Shown here: positions 1-11,964 of the stretch, one piece after another
How positions within the stretch are numbered: position 1 is the stretch's first letter
Layout of the letters: every line of letters begins with the position of its first letter
NCBI GenBank assembly: GCA_964016885.1
Contig: OZ024740.1
Location: 240,870,001-240,934,000 of the forward strand
Direction of reading: 5' to 3'
Length of the DNA: 64,000 bases
Source: Eledone cirrhosa
Lineage: Eukaryota
The notes under the pieces: model-generated
The model's input: only the letters and a program-made list of their open reading frames with translations
The model's database searches: none
Told to the model about the DNA's origin: nothing
Translations under genes and position numbers: made by a program

Positions 1-999
1 TGTGTGTGTGTGGGTGAGTCATAAAGGTGATTCCGTAAGAAGATGTGGTGGAATGCTTAGTAAAATCCTTGGATGTGGTGGATTCCGGGATCAAGGTTCA
101 CATACGTGTAATCCGTGAAGAGATTGGTCGGAAGAGGGGAGATGTAGGGTGCGCGCGCAACAGGAAGTGGTCAAGGCAGGAGGAGTATTGTGTGTCTGTG
201 TGTGCGGGGAGGTGGTCAGAGGGCATAGCAGCAGTAGGGTAGAGTGGTAAGTGAAGGTGTGTTGTGTGTCTGTGTGTGCGGGGAGGTGGTCAGAGGGCAT
301 AGCAGCAGTAGGGTAGAATGGTAAAGGGGAGAGGATGGGTAGGTGTGAAAGTTGGAGTGAGGAAGGGGTGTGTGTGTATTAGTAGAGGTGTTAGTGGGAT
401 GAGTGAGTGTTTGAGAAAGGGTGTGGGTGGAGCGGGGAGAGAAGGGTGTGGGGGTCGATGGAGGGAGTGTGGTGTACTGGTGTGTGTGTTTGGTGAAGGG
501 GGTGTTAGTGGGTGTTAGTATACAGGAGGTGGAGAAAGGGTTGAATGCGGGTGTGAGTGGGGGTCAGTGGTGGTAGGGTGTGTAGAGTGGGTGGTGTAAG
601 AGGGTGTGTGTGTACGTGTGCGTAGGGTTGGGGGTGTTAGTGATGTTAGTTGCGTGTAGGGTGAGTGGTGTAAGTGGGTGTGTGTGTTCGTGTGCTTGGG
701 GTCAGGGGGTGTTAGTGATGTTAGTTGCGGGGTGTGGGGGTGAGGGTTAGTGGTGGTAGTAGGGTGTGTGTTTAGTGTGAGCGCGTGTATATATGTGCCG
801 GTGGGTGTGTGCGTGTGATAAGGAGGGGGGAGGAGAAGAAGGGAGGGATGTTAGTATGTTAGTTGGGGAAGGGTGGTCGGATGTGGGGTGGAGTGGAGGT
901 GTTAGTATTGTTAGTTGTGGGGTGGGCGGTGAAAAGGAGGGGTGTGTTAGTGGTGTTAGTGGGGGATATGTGTGGGGGGAGGGGGGCGGTCGAAGGCTA

Positions 1000-2060
1000 A
1001 AGGAATAAGGGTGGGGAGTTCAGGCCGGGGGGAGTGTGGGTCTGTAAGATGAAGATGGTTCGTTGTTCAACTCTTAGGAGATTGGCGGGTGTTCCGTGGC
1101 ATTGGAGTAGGCCACAGACTGTGAGATGGCGTGCGGAATGTCCAGGGGCACCAAAGTGGCGGGCGATCGGGGAACTACCACCGAGACGAATATCCCGTTT
1201 GTGCTCAGTAAATCTGTCTGCCAGGCGACGTCCAGTCTGTCCGACGTAAGTCGCGCTGCACTCCGTGCAGCGAAATCCGTAGACTAGGTTGGAGGAGGTG
1301 CAGCGGAAGGCATGCCGGACAGAGAGAGAGAGTGGCCGTTGGGACCCTGGAAGGTGGTGGTGTTGGTGATGTGGGGACAGGTGTTGCAGCGGGGCCTGGA
1401 ACAGGGAAAGGAACCGGGGGGGCGTGGGTTGGGGGTAGGGAGCTGTGGACGAGGAGGGTGCGGAGATTGCGTGCGCGTTTGAAGGAGGGGAGTGGTGGGG
1501 CTGGGAAGATGTGGGAGGTGGAGGGGTCGGACTGGAGGCCTCGGAAGAGGCGGAGGATGGTGCGGTGGAGGGGTATGGTGGAGGGGTGGTAGGTGATGGG
1601 GAAGGGGAGACGGTGGGTGGGTGTGCGGTGGCGTGGGGTGAGGGTGGTGGAGCGGTGGACAGCACGGGCGCGGGTGAGAGCAGTGTGAACGAGAGAGAGG
1701 GGGGGAAAACCTCTGCGGATGAAAGGGAAAGGGCCTGGGACTCAAAGTCGGCATCTCGGCTACAGAGGCGGCGGATCCTGAGGAGTTGGGAGTAGGGAAT
1801 AGAGTGTTTAGTGTACGTGGGGTGGGAAGAGGTGAAGTCGAGGTAAGAGTGGGAGTCGGTGGGTTTGAAGAAGGCGGAGGTGACGAGGGAGTGGTGGGAG
1901 GGGTCGAAGGCAACGGAGATGTCTAAGAAGTGGACGTGGGTGGTGAAGATAGAGGTGGTGAAGTGGAGGGAGGGGTGGAAGGAGCAGAAGAAGGAGAGAA
2001 AGGAGTCGAGCTGTTCTCGGGTGAGGGTCGTGGCTCCGATACAGTCGTCGATGTAACGAC
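1000..2060 (-). mobile_element. Penelope-like element ORF remnant (RT C-terminal half plus GIY-YIG endonuclease), frameshifted and 5'-truncated at (TA)n
   Basis: RYIDD, HFLDI, KPTDSHSYL..SSHP and IPYSQLLRIRRLCS (PLE RT/thumb). C.R.RCNTCPH in the 1284..1913 frame. CTSSNLVYGFRC..C...YVGQT.RRL..RF.EH (GIY-YIG), ending P.GLN. The GT-rich 1-995 stretch is its probable 3' region. Confidence 0.9.
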
Positions 2061-2106
2061 ATATATATATATATATATAATACAATATGTAGAAAGGGTA
2101 ACACAC

Positions 2107-2107
<1 letters not shown>

Positions 2108-2142
<35 letters not shown>

Positions 2143-2157
2143 GAGAGAGAGAGAGAG
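2108..2157. repeat. (AG)n microsatellite
   Basis: Direct reading. Confidence 0.95.
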
Positions 2158-2289
2158 GGCGCGTGTGCCATCAATAAAACAGGGAAACCACCAGTGTATG
2201 GAATCTATAACCTATGGAAGGCAGGGTAGACACACAATAATTAAAAATATAAATTAAAATGCGCATACGCACCTCTATAACTATATAAC

Positions 2290-2372
2290 ACACGCGTACA
2301 AATCCAAAGAGATCTGTGTCGCCAAGAAATTATTGACTGAAATGGAAGCGCCTATGGTTCATCAGCGCGTGT
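2290..2372 (-). ncRNA. Type I hammerhead ribozyme-like motif (GAAA>GACA variant)
   Basis: Minus strand: acacgcg CTGATGA accatagg..ttcttggc GACA cagatc tctttg gatttg TA cgcgtgt. Stem I is 7 bp, stem III is 7 bp, and the cleavage triplet is GUA. Confidence 0.75.
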
Positions 2373-2559
2373 AAGGCAAATACATTCCAGACAACTCTAA
2401 GGAAATATAAGATAACCGCGGCAGAGATGTGACAGCATGCATAGGACAGTGAACCAGTGGTATCTGAGGGACGAGCTGCTAGAAATGGCAGCCGAAGACC
2501 ACTCAAAGAGATGTGCTCAACCAAACAGAGAGAGAGGAAAGACTGTTATAAGGAGCGAA

Positions 2560-2679
2560 ATATCAAGATAAATTAACGGAGCCATAGACTCTCGCCGTTC
2601 CCTGTAAATTATGTGCTGTAAATTATGAGCACATAATTGACAGGGAATAACAAGAGTCTATGGCTCCGTTAATTTATCT

Positions 2680-2685
<6 letters not shown>
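2560..2685. repeat. ~125-bp fold-back palindrome abutting (TA)n
   Basis: atatcaagataaattaacggagccatagactct is matched by agagtctatggctccgttaatttatcttgatat, with inner arms ttccctgt/acagggaa and aattatgtgct/agcacataatt. Confidence 0.9.
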
Positions 2686-2734
<49 letters not shown>

Positions 2735-2739
<5 letters not shown>

Positions 2740-3272
2740 CGGGTCACTCTTGAGTGCTACTGGTAACATGTAACCCAGTACAACCTGTCGCATGGTCGGG
2801 TCGTCGGCGGCTAATCCGGCAACCCCACCAAGTTTACTTGGTCAGGAGGGTGATTTTGGACAAAACCTGACAAAGGGCGGAAGAACTCATAAGAGTCAAC
2901 GGCCATCCAAAAGTGTGTAAATATGTATATACACATGTACCGCCCGGTTAAACCACTGGGAATGAAGGACCCATAGCCTTTGTCAGGGCATTCTTCTAGG
3001 AGAAGGCAACTCAGGAAACTGGGATAGCTCCGATATAAAACCTGCGGCTCAGTAGTTACCGATGTTGTTGATCTTTTCTTCTTTTCAGGTTATAGCTACT
3101 GCCGCCCAGAGAGTGGGATTGGCTCAGTGCACAGTCTTTCTTCACTTTAAAAAATATCTTCAAGCACAGGCATTGCACGATAGAATTAATTGATAATTAT
3201 TAATAATGGTATATCGTGCAAAGGCCATACTCGATAACGAGGGGGCAGCCTTTATGTATGTATGTATGTATG
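2735..3272 (+). mobile_element. Short non-autonomous RTE-derived element (5' UTR joined to 3' end, TATG tail)
   Basis: RTE 5'UTR-like motifs (gggtcg..ggcaacccc hairpin; ctaggagaaggcaactc). The end motif ggccatactcga.aacgag..ggcagcc is shared with the homologous copy at 59308-59920. Confidence 0.6.
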
Positions 3273-3275
3273 TCC

Positions 3276-3950
3276 TGGCGAAATAACGTGCGTGATACGC
3301 AACAAAGTGTGTAGAACTAGTTCCGGACTAAAAAAACACATGGTGGTACATAAAGATTGTGACCCACAGGGTGGCACCACCGGTCCTGTGGAATGCACAA
3401 CTTTCTTCTGCTCCCTGTGTCGTAAACCATGCAGATTTACAGCTGGCCTACAAAGTCATCTTCGATGGACGCAGATGGGATGATAATGAAGAATCAATAA
3501 GAGACGGCAATCGACTGCTGATACATGGGAAAGCGTAGCTGCTGATCGTAATAAATGGAGAATGACTGTACATAAGGGGAAAGTTGCTTTTGAAGCATCT
3601 CGAAACGCATACGAGAAAGTAAAAAGGGATGTCGGGAAAGGCATTGCTGCTGCATTTCCAGACATGCAGCGTCTGTGCAAGGCTCTGCCTCAGCAAAGCT
3701 GGACTCGAAAGTCATCTCTGCAATAATAAAGTGAGACCAGTGGTTGACTACCAGGTTGCTGTCGGAGATGCTACTCATCATACCTGTCAAGCATGTGGAA
3801 AAGAGTGTAGATCAGCAGGAGGGCTCAAACGACACGAAATCCAACCACAGCCGTCTATTACCAGTGAATGTTTTGGTTGCCAACTCTATGCAAGACATTT
3901 TGGATCTTTGGCTCATAAGCCACATTCGATCGCAGCACCGGAACGTGTAT
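3276..3950 (+). mobile_element. RTE-clade ORF2 C-terminal fragment with multiple C2H2 zinc fingers
   Basis: Repeated C..C...C.S.AGL..H motifs (3262..3483 and 3629..3970 frames) and WESVAADRNKWR-type sequence at ~3525-3560. Confidence 0.65.
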
Positions 3951-4237
3951 TTTGGATAACGGATCTATAAACTCTCTATCAATAGTTCGTATTTACCCTC
4001 CTTCTGTTCTATTTCCTTACCGCATTGACATCGAGTGGGCAGCTGACTTCTACAACAGAATTTATTTTTAATGTGTGGTCTCAAACAACAATATCAGACC
4101 CGTTGTGTTTTAATTTAGTGGCGGTTTTTATTTTTAGGCTCCACCAGTTTTACTTTGAGCCATCTGTATCGTATCGACATATTCCCCCTACATGTTTTTA
4201 ATCAAGAATAGTGGCTATCCTAACAATATTGTTACTT

Positions 4238-4424
4238 GTGGATTAGAAGTATCGGTAGAGCGTCAGACACCATGCTTTGAAGCATAGAGTTATGTCCCTT
4301 TACCTTCTGAGTTCAAATCCCACCGAGGTTAACTTTGTCTTTCAATCCTTACGAGGTCGATAAAATAAAGCACCAGTAATGCACTGGAGTAATTGCTGGC
4401 CTTGTACCCAATGTAGAGACAATT
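4238..4424 (+). mobile_element. tRNA-derived SINE with Nin-like core
   Basis: B-box-like gagttcaaatccc and core ctttcaatccttacgaggtcgataaaataaagcaccag; many copies in the window. Confidence 0.8.
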
Positions 4425-4429
4425 AATAC

Positions 4430-4625
4430 TTTCATGCTCATAAATCTAGGCAACCTTTCTCTTGTGTTGACCTTTCTCTTGTGTTGAAAATGTTCTTTCC
4501 AGATCTCGTGTGATGTTAATACGGATTTTAGGCCACGGCCACCTTCCTTGCCTGGGAAATATAGACTATCTATGTCAACATAGCAAAATGCTCTCAAATG
4601 TTTTTCATAAGCATCTCGTATATTC
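4430..4625 (-). mobile_element. R4/Dong-clade LINE fragment
   Basis: DIDSLYFPGKEGGRGL matches the D.DRLY.PR..GGRGL motif. Confidence 0.55.
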
Positions 4626-4636
4626 AATATACATAC

Positions 4637-4707
<71 letters not shown>

Positions 4708-4850
4708 AGTAAAATGTAAAAGATATATGTATATATGTATATATTATATATATAGAGAGAACCATATATCCAGAGAAAACATAGTATATTGTATATATAC
4801 TAAATACATATTTCAGAGAGGAATATGTACTCAAGATGGAATTAATAGAG

Positions 4851-4972
4851 ACCTTATAGAGCTATTTCGTATTCCGTAGACTGTAATTTAAAATCAATCT
4901 ATGTAACCGGTTATTGATCACAAACTATCGATTATAATTGAACCACATGAGACTCAGAATACTCATCAAGGT
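4851..4972 (-). ncRNA. Type I hammerhead-like motif with long loop 2 (one-nt core defect)
   Basis: Minus strand: acct TGATGA gtattctg..cggaatac GAAA tagctcta TA aggt. Stem II is 8 bp and stem III is short; C3 is missing or substituted. Confidence 0.65.
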
Positions 4973-5271
4973 TATAGTCTACAGCATTCTAAGAAAAATA
5001 TAGAAGCAAAAATAGTATATAGAACAATATACTTGTAGATATTCAGAGCAGAATTTGATTCAACTCACCATACTAAAAGCCGCATGGAAAGCGCATAGTG
5101 TTACGACGTCAAATCCAAGGGAAATATCAATACAATATACTTATGGTTCTTTCTCTTTCAATATATATGCATATATCTTTTACATTTGACTTATCATTGC
5201 TCTGGATAATGTCTATAGAGCTTGTTTCTTGAGAAGCACAAAATTCTAACATATATTTGATATGTTACATT

Positions 5272-5354
<83 letters not shown>

Positions 5355-5374
5355 CATTTGTATATATATATGTA

Positions 5375-5471
5375 TAAAACGAAGGAAGTGTGGTAAGGAA
5401 CCAGATGGATCATAACGTCCAGAAATAGCCGTCGAAACAGCTTGAGCTCTGCCGTCGGGGTTAAACATTTT

Positions 5472-5473
<2 letters not shown>
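5375..5473 (+). mobile_element. ~100-bp element embedded in (TA)n, related to 55085-55213
   Basis: Shares acgaaggaa.tgtggtaaggaaccag.tgga.cataa and gcttgagctc.gccg.cggggt with the reverse complement of 55085-55213. Confidence 0.65.
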
Positions 5474-5541
<68 letters not shown>

Positions 5542-6309
5542 ATATACATGTGTGTGTGTGCGTTGTATATTGAATAATATATGGGATGTTTAAGAAAAAC
5601 ATTTGAAAGCCTTTCGCTATGAATGTTTAAGGTTGTAACCAACGTCACATACCTTAGCAAATGCAAAGGGAAGTAACCGACAACGCGTTGTTTCTCGTTT
5701 GTTAGCGTTTATGAAGACTACATATTTTCCTACTTCTGCTGAGGTTAAAATAAGCTAGAATCTTATAGATGTTTTGCTTATGTATATGAGCTAATAATGC
5801 TCATTTGCATATATATATATTGGTTTCTACCTGTTTATGATGGGGGCGATAACGTTGTTAGAACTCAATCTGGCCTTGTTTCCGAGGAAGACGGTGCGAT
5901 AGATCAGGGATTTCGAGACTAGAAACAGGTAACGCCATAACCAGTACCTGCTAGTCAATATATCGATCTACCATGATCAATGAACCCTCTAGAACGATCG
6001 TAATGCAAATGAACTAATTAACTAGATTCAATAGAAAAGTCTTGATATATTCAAATACACTAATCCCACTACATCAATATTTGCCCACAGGACGGTAAAT
6101 GACTTAAATATGTATTGTACTGCACGAAAATTTCAATTGAAAATGACAGTAATTCAAAATATCCAGTTAAAGTTTATTGAAATGGCATCAACTCTACAAA
6201 TATCGTCAATTCTCTGTTGAATGCAAGGGTAAAAAACATCACAACGATGTCACAGCAAACAAATGGTAAATATTTTCTAGATATATGAAAAGCATTATTA
6301 GCTTACATA

Positions 6310-6525
6310 GCGGTGGATTGACAGGTAAAACGTCGAACAATACGCTTTAGAGAATATAGTTACGACCCTTTACGTTCTGAGTTCATATCCCGCCGAAGTT
6401 AACTTTGCTTTTTATTCTTATGGAGGCGAGAAAATAAAGCACAAGTAAAGAACTGAATTTGATTTAATCGACACCCCCCCCCCCCCCGCTTCAAATTACT
6501 TGCCGTGTGAAAAATGTACAAACAA
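6310..6525 (+). mobile_element. Nin-like tRNA SINE (diverged)
   Basis: ttctgagttcatatcccgccgaagttaactttgc...aaaataaagcac. Confidence 0.7.
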
Positions 6526-7169
6526 TACCAAATACACCTACTGTTAGTGTCCCTATTTTTCAGCAAATCAATCGTAATTGTAGTAATTAGGAAATTTATC
6601 TCGAACGTCTTAATGTGAACCTCAAAGTATTTAATATTGCCAATGACGATAAATAGAAACCGTATGTACAATCATGTATTGCTTGTAATAAACCAATCCA
6701 GTCCCGAAGAACGAGATAAACTTTCCTATAGAATTTTTTTTTTATATTTTCTTTTTACTAATAAATTGATCGACCATTTCAAGAAACAGCAACATATTTT
6801 GATCATATCTAATAATTTTCACCAATGTGTAATGAAAACAGCAATTATAATTTGCAAATTAAGATGAAATCATTGGCCCAAGAGATATCGTCGTAATCTG
6901 ATGTATAGTCGAATTGTCACTTTTATTCCATATAAAGAAAAAAATGATGATATATTAATAATATTTCTGTAATTTTGTCGACTTATATACAAAATAAAAT
7001 CTAAAGCTACTTGTAGTAAAAAATCAGATAAAAATATAATAAAATTAAATAATCGATGGAAAGGTTATATGCAATTTTATATCAATTACGAAAGAAAAAC
7101 TTGTCTACACAAGGATAAAAAATGTCATTTATGTGGAAACATTAGTAATTTAGTGGAATCAAATTTAAG

Positions 7170-8980
7170 AAACAATAACAACAACAATAATACACCCGGA
7201 AGATAAAAATTGAGAAAGAAATTGAAATGATGAGGGCAAAAATATAGATCTTAGATGGAATATGTGCTGGGAAATCTGTCAAGTCAAGAAAAGGAAGGAA
7301 AGTGATTAAGAAATACAAATCAACTTCAAAACCTGATTCTATCAATCAAAGAAACCCTGAAACAGAAAGTAGAGCAACAAGCTCAAAGAATAAGAAGATT
7401 TGAAAAGCGAAGCAGATTTTACAGGCAAAATAAGCTGTTTATGTCAGATGCAAAAAGGTTTTACAGGGAAATTGGGCCACAGACAATTCAAGTAAAGGAA
7501 CTTCCTTTAATTCACAAAATCAAAGAATTCTTTAAAACAGTACAGAGTACAGAAACATCTCCTAATACGAATGCAGAATGGACAGAGAACATAGAAGAAA
7601 TGTACAATAATTTAGAAAGGCAGTCTTGGCAAGACATAACTATGGAAGAACAGGAGTTGGTACTAAAGAAAGCCAACAAATGGAACTCTCCTATTTTTGA
7701 TAAAGTGCCAAACCCCTGGCTATCTTCTCTAACTTTTACCAATGATACGTTGGTAAAATATAACGAAATTATGCACAACCCCGGAAAACACCTGATTGGT
7801 TTGCACAAGGTATAACATATTTCTTGCCAAAATCTACAAATATACCAAATATTATTGTCCTATCACTTACCTTCCGACATCATACACAATTCTCACATCA
7901 ATCTTGACTGAGACAACCTACAAACTTATGGATGAAAATCATCTTTTCCCTAGTGAGCAGTAAGGTTGCCGCTATGGGTTTTAAGGTTACAAAGACCAGC
8001 TTCTCATTAACCGCATGATTCTGGAAAACTGTCATAACTAGCACAGAAGTTTGGATTAACTATATATATAAAACACTTAACAGTGTTCCCCACACATGGA
8101 CTTTGAAAACTTTGCATGTTCTGAAAATTCCCACAGTAATACCAAGCTTCCTGAAATATAACATGGAATACAAATCTATCTCTGTCATACAGTGATGTAA
8201 CTATAAATTCCAACAGCATCAACCGTGGTATTTTTCAACGTCATTCGTTTTGTCCTCTGATATTTTGCATCGCATTCTTACCGTTGTCTCTAGCGCTCAA
8301 CAAAAACAAAGTATGGCTACAAAGTAGTCAGCAAAAATCATAAATCATCTGTTTTATTCGGATGTCTTGAAACTGTATACCAAAAATGACAGTGAATGGG
8401 AAGGACTGTTGAAGACAGTTAAGGTGTTCAACGATGTTGTAGGATGGGGTTTGGATTGAAAAATGCGCAAAAAACAACATTCAAGAAATATACAATAACA
8501 AACATAAACTCAATGGAAATAGGTGAGCACATAATAATTAAGGAACTAGAACAGGAACAAACCTACAGATATCTAGGGATCAATGAAGACCAAGGTATTC
8601 ATCACGCCAGCATGAAAGAGAGAATCAGGAAGGAATGTTACTGGAGAGTACGTGCTGTTTTGAAAACTGAGCTCAACTTAAAGAATAAAATATCTGCTAT
8701 AAATGCACTTGCAATCCCAGTTGTCACCTATAGTTTCAATATCATAAATTGGAACGTTAATGAAATAAAGAAAATGGATACCAAAACCTGGAAACTTCTG
8801 ACCTGTAATAAACTACATCACCCAAAAGCAGATGTGGATCGCTTCTACCCCCCTTTGACGAAACGGAGGTACAGGAATGATCCAGCTTGAGGTGTCATGC
8901 AAAGTATCAACCATTGGACTAGAACAATACCTTAAAACTACAGATGACTGGATGCTGAAAATGATTGCAGAGCAAGTAGG
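7170..8980 (+). mobile_element. R4/Dong-clade non-LTR retrotransposon RT region, degenerate
   Basis: QNKLFMSDAKRFY, KWNSP..DKVPN.W, YRYLGI, NKISAINALAIPVVTYSF.II.W and HHPKADVDR; several stops and frameshifts. Confidence 0.85.
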
Positions 8981-9019
8981 AAGTTTAAGGAAGAATTGTA
9001 AATACATTTTGAAAATGAT

Positions 9020-10310
9020 GGCGATCGATCCCCTAAAAACGGATTTGAAGCTGGCTGCCTTGAGGACTGCTGCCAGGTACCAACGGTCGACCTTTTCGAA
9101 AACTTTCTATTGATCTAAGTTTATCAGGGCCCCACACGTGCCAGGTTCCTTAACAACTCTCTTTATGATGTATCACAAGAGGTGGAGGTTATCTTGGAAG
9201 GATCTGTTCAAGATAGCGTATGTTTGTGTCTCCCTTACAGACCTTCGACGACACACAGCAACATCGTTGTTAACACCTTGGCCAAAATTTTAACTCTGGA
9301 TTTAGCATGGTTATGGGCTTAAAATGATCAATATCGTCCCCCTTCTTCAGGTCCTTTCTCAGCAGCGCCACCGCTCCTCGGCTCACGGAACTGAGAATTC
9401 TCCCGTTCTGCTGTCATTTGGAGTAAACGTCTGCCAAATAGGTCATCGAACAAGTGTATCATGTAAGCATAAACCAGGCAATTTACCCCTCATGAAGTTA
9501 GTCATTGTTTCCTGTATTTCAATGGCTGTTATTGGCTTTTCGCAACACACCTCCTTCATGACTGAGAGCCTCCGCATGTTGTCGAGGTAGGTACTGAAGT
9601 CCTTCTCACAATCGGGCCCACTATCTCTCCCGATTGTTGAATAAAGTGTTTCTGAAAAGCCGCACACATCTGCTTTGGATCAGGTAACATGTGCTCGTCA
9701 TAGTCCGCCATTGCGGCTTTGTTGCTACGTCGTGTCTCCGCCGCTTGGGCCATTCGAACGGTTTTCGCCCTTTGTGTTTAAGAGCATGCGCCCTAGCTCT
9801 GACAACGCAGCCTTCGTGTTTTGTGTTGAAGAATTGGTTAAGAGCCAATTTCGCCACAAACCCATTAGTTGCGTTGCCTTTCCTAAACACCACCTAAACT
9901 AGCTCTCACTCTATTCTGTTATTCTCTACCACTATTCCTTTGCTAAACGTTATCGATTCTACTCTAATCACCCTCAGGATGAACCACCATTTGTTGTTGA
10001 TTGGTTCACTAATCTAGTTTCTGTAGGCTTTACGTTCCGGAAAGGACGCATTCAGCTTCCAGTAAACGGCCCCTGTCTATGAAGTCTATCTATATTGACT
10101 GTACACGGTTTTATGGCTCTAGCTACCTTAATCCACAATCCACAGCCTTGGTTTGTGGTTTTCAGCAGGTTCTCCCGCAGGAGTTCCCAGTTTTCCTCTG
10201 TGTTAAATATCTCCATTTCTTTTTCTTTGCTGACATAGGCGTCAAGTAGCATTTCTCTGAATTTATTACCTGCTGCAGGTTTTCCTTCTCCAGATTGGTT
10301 TTTATCTAAG
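9020..10310 (-). mobile_element. Tx1/L1-clade ORF2 fragment, degenerate
   Basis: GCVVRARAHAL and CEKPITAIEI..M...GKLPG (linker and RT start). The right boundary is uncertain. Confidence 0.6.
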
Positions 10311-10325
10311 TCTGTCTAGCCCCTA

Positions 10326-10432
10326 TCCCGCCGAGGTTAACTTTGCCTTTCATCCTTACGGGGTCGATAAAATAAAGTACCAGTAATGTACTGGGTAATT
10401 GCTGGCCTTGTGCCAAAAGTCGAAACAATTAT
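10326..10432 (+). mobile_element. 5'-truncated Nin-like SINE
   Basis: cccgccgaggttaactttgcctttcatccttacggggtcgataaaataaagtaccag. Confidence 0.85.
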
Positions 10433-10434
10433 AA

Positions 10435-11110
10435 GGTTATTGATAACATGTTTATGTTCGGAGGTACATTCTTTTCCAAGAAAGGCTTTGGCATTTACAA
10501 CCATTTGCCTGTCCCGTTTTTCTTGGTGAAGATGAAGTCTATTTAGAAATTGTCCTTTTGCTCGCCTGCAAATCCAGCTTGTGGGATGTATGCAGATAGT
10601 ATAGTGGCTGTAGTATTGCTCAAGGCTTGTCTAAGTTTAATTATTCTATCACTCTCTGACTACCTCAATTACCTGGTCTACCCATCTTACAGCGAAGAGT
10701 ATTCCTACTCCAACCACTCCATTACTGCTAACTACTCTGAAAAATTTGTACTGATGTTCTTTACCTGTGATGAGCCAGGCCAAAGCACCTCTCCACCTTA
10801 CTTCTTGCACACAGCACATATCTACTCGTTTCCTCTCTAAACTCTCCACAATCTCACCACATTTACCTTTCATTGTTCCAACAGTGATAGTAGCAAATCT
10901 TAATTTCTGCATTTGATGATAAGGAGGCTGCACGGGTGATTTGTTATTTTCATGGGCCTGAGTGGTAGGAGGACTGCACCACTTGGTGATAATCAGGGGA
11001 TTTGCATGTTGGATTCTTTCCTGTACTCTATTATAAAATCGCTTGGATGTTTGTAGTCTCCACCAGCGGCGGCTGGAGCCACCATTAGTCGCTAGGACCA
11101 TTGCAGTTAG
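10435..11110 (-). mobile_element. RTE LINE 5' fragment (AP endonuclease N-terminus)
   Basis: LRFATITVGTMKGK..EIVE...RKRVDMCCVQEVRWRG and GVGIL. Confidence 0.8.
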
Positions 11111-11580
11111 CATGGGTCTTCTATTGATTTCTGATGTAGCTAATATAGCATTTATTAAAGTGTGTGGATTGGAGGGGCAATGTGCATGTACATATCTGTG
11201 TATATATTACGAGAACGTACAGCCTTCCCTACAGAGTAGGAAGGTTATATATATATGCATCACCTACTCCCACAATAGAGGGAGCTTCTCAGCACATTCA
11301 TCATCGCATGGTGGGGAGGTGGGAAAATGGCTTCTTGACGGAATGAAGTCTAGAGTAACGGTTAAGTTTGAAAACACTTGCTAAAATCTAAAAAAACATG
11401 CTAAGAGGAAATGAATTAAATTCGTAAATTCAAACCTAAATAAATTTCAAAAAAACAGGATCAAAATTTGGTGGCCTACTAGTGCTCGAATGTTGGCATA
11501 CCACAGACATCTTGCAATTACATATTCTGTATTTTTCTGCAGAGTGTAAAATCCGATGTGTAAGCTGTCAATTTAACAGA

Positions 11581-11919
11581 ATGGAGGCACATGGCTTACT
11601 GGTTAGAGCATTGGCCTTGCAATCGAAAGGTTGTGAGTTCAATTCTCAGACCGGGTGATGTGTTGTTTCCTTGCGCAAGACACTTTATTTCACATTGCTC
11701 CAGTTTACTCAGCTGTAGAAATGAGATGATAGGACTGGGGTCCCTATCATTCCACTGCAAAGTGGTCGTGGAGGTGCCACGGCAAAAAAGAACCCAGCCC
11801 ACACTGTAAATGAGGTTGGTGTTAGGAAGGGCATCCAGCTGTAGAAATCAAGCCAGAACCAGTTCCAGTCCTACCCTTGCAAGCAGGGAAAAGCGGATGT
11901 AAAATAAAGATGATGATGA
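11581..11919 (+). mobile_element. tRNA-head, CORE-like SINE with RTE-derived 3' tail
   Basis: A box (tggcttactggttagagc), B box (gagttcaattctc) and CORE-like ccttgcgcaagacactt. The tail matches the RTE 3' UTR (ggtgttaggaagggcatccagctgtagaa) and ends in (GAT)n. Confidence 0.85.
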
Positions 11920-11964
11920 ACTGAAACAGATATATCTCCACATATTTTTTGAAGTAAAAAATAA

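Noticed and set aside
1284-1913. Proline-rich extensin-like ORFs
   Set aside because: Alternative frames of the C-rich, frameshifted PLE coding strand.
2740-2830. HDV-like ribozyme in the RTE 5' UTR
   Set aside because: The L3 and P1.1 consensus could not be fitted; only a simple hairpin is supported.
11584-11655. tRNA gene
   Set aside because: It is a SINE head: it continues into CORE-like and LINE-tail sequence, has dispersed copies, and lacks a proper acceptor stem.
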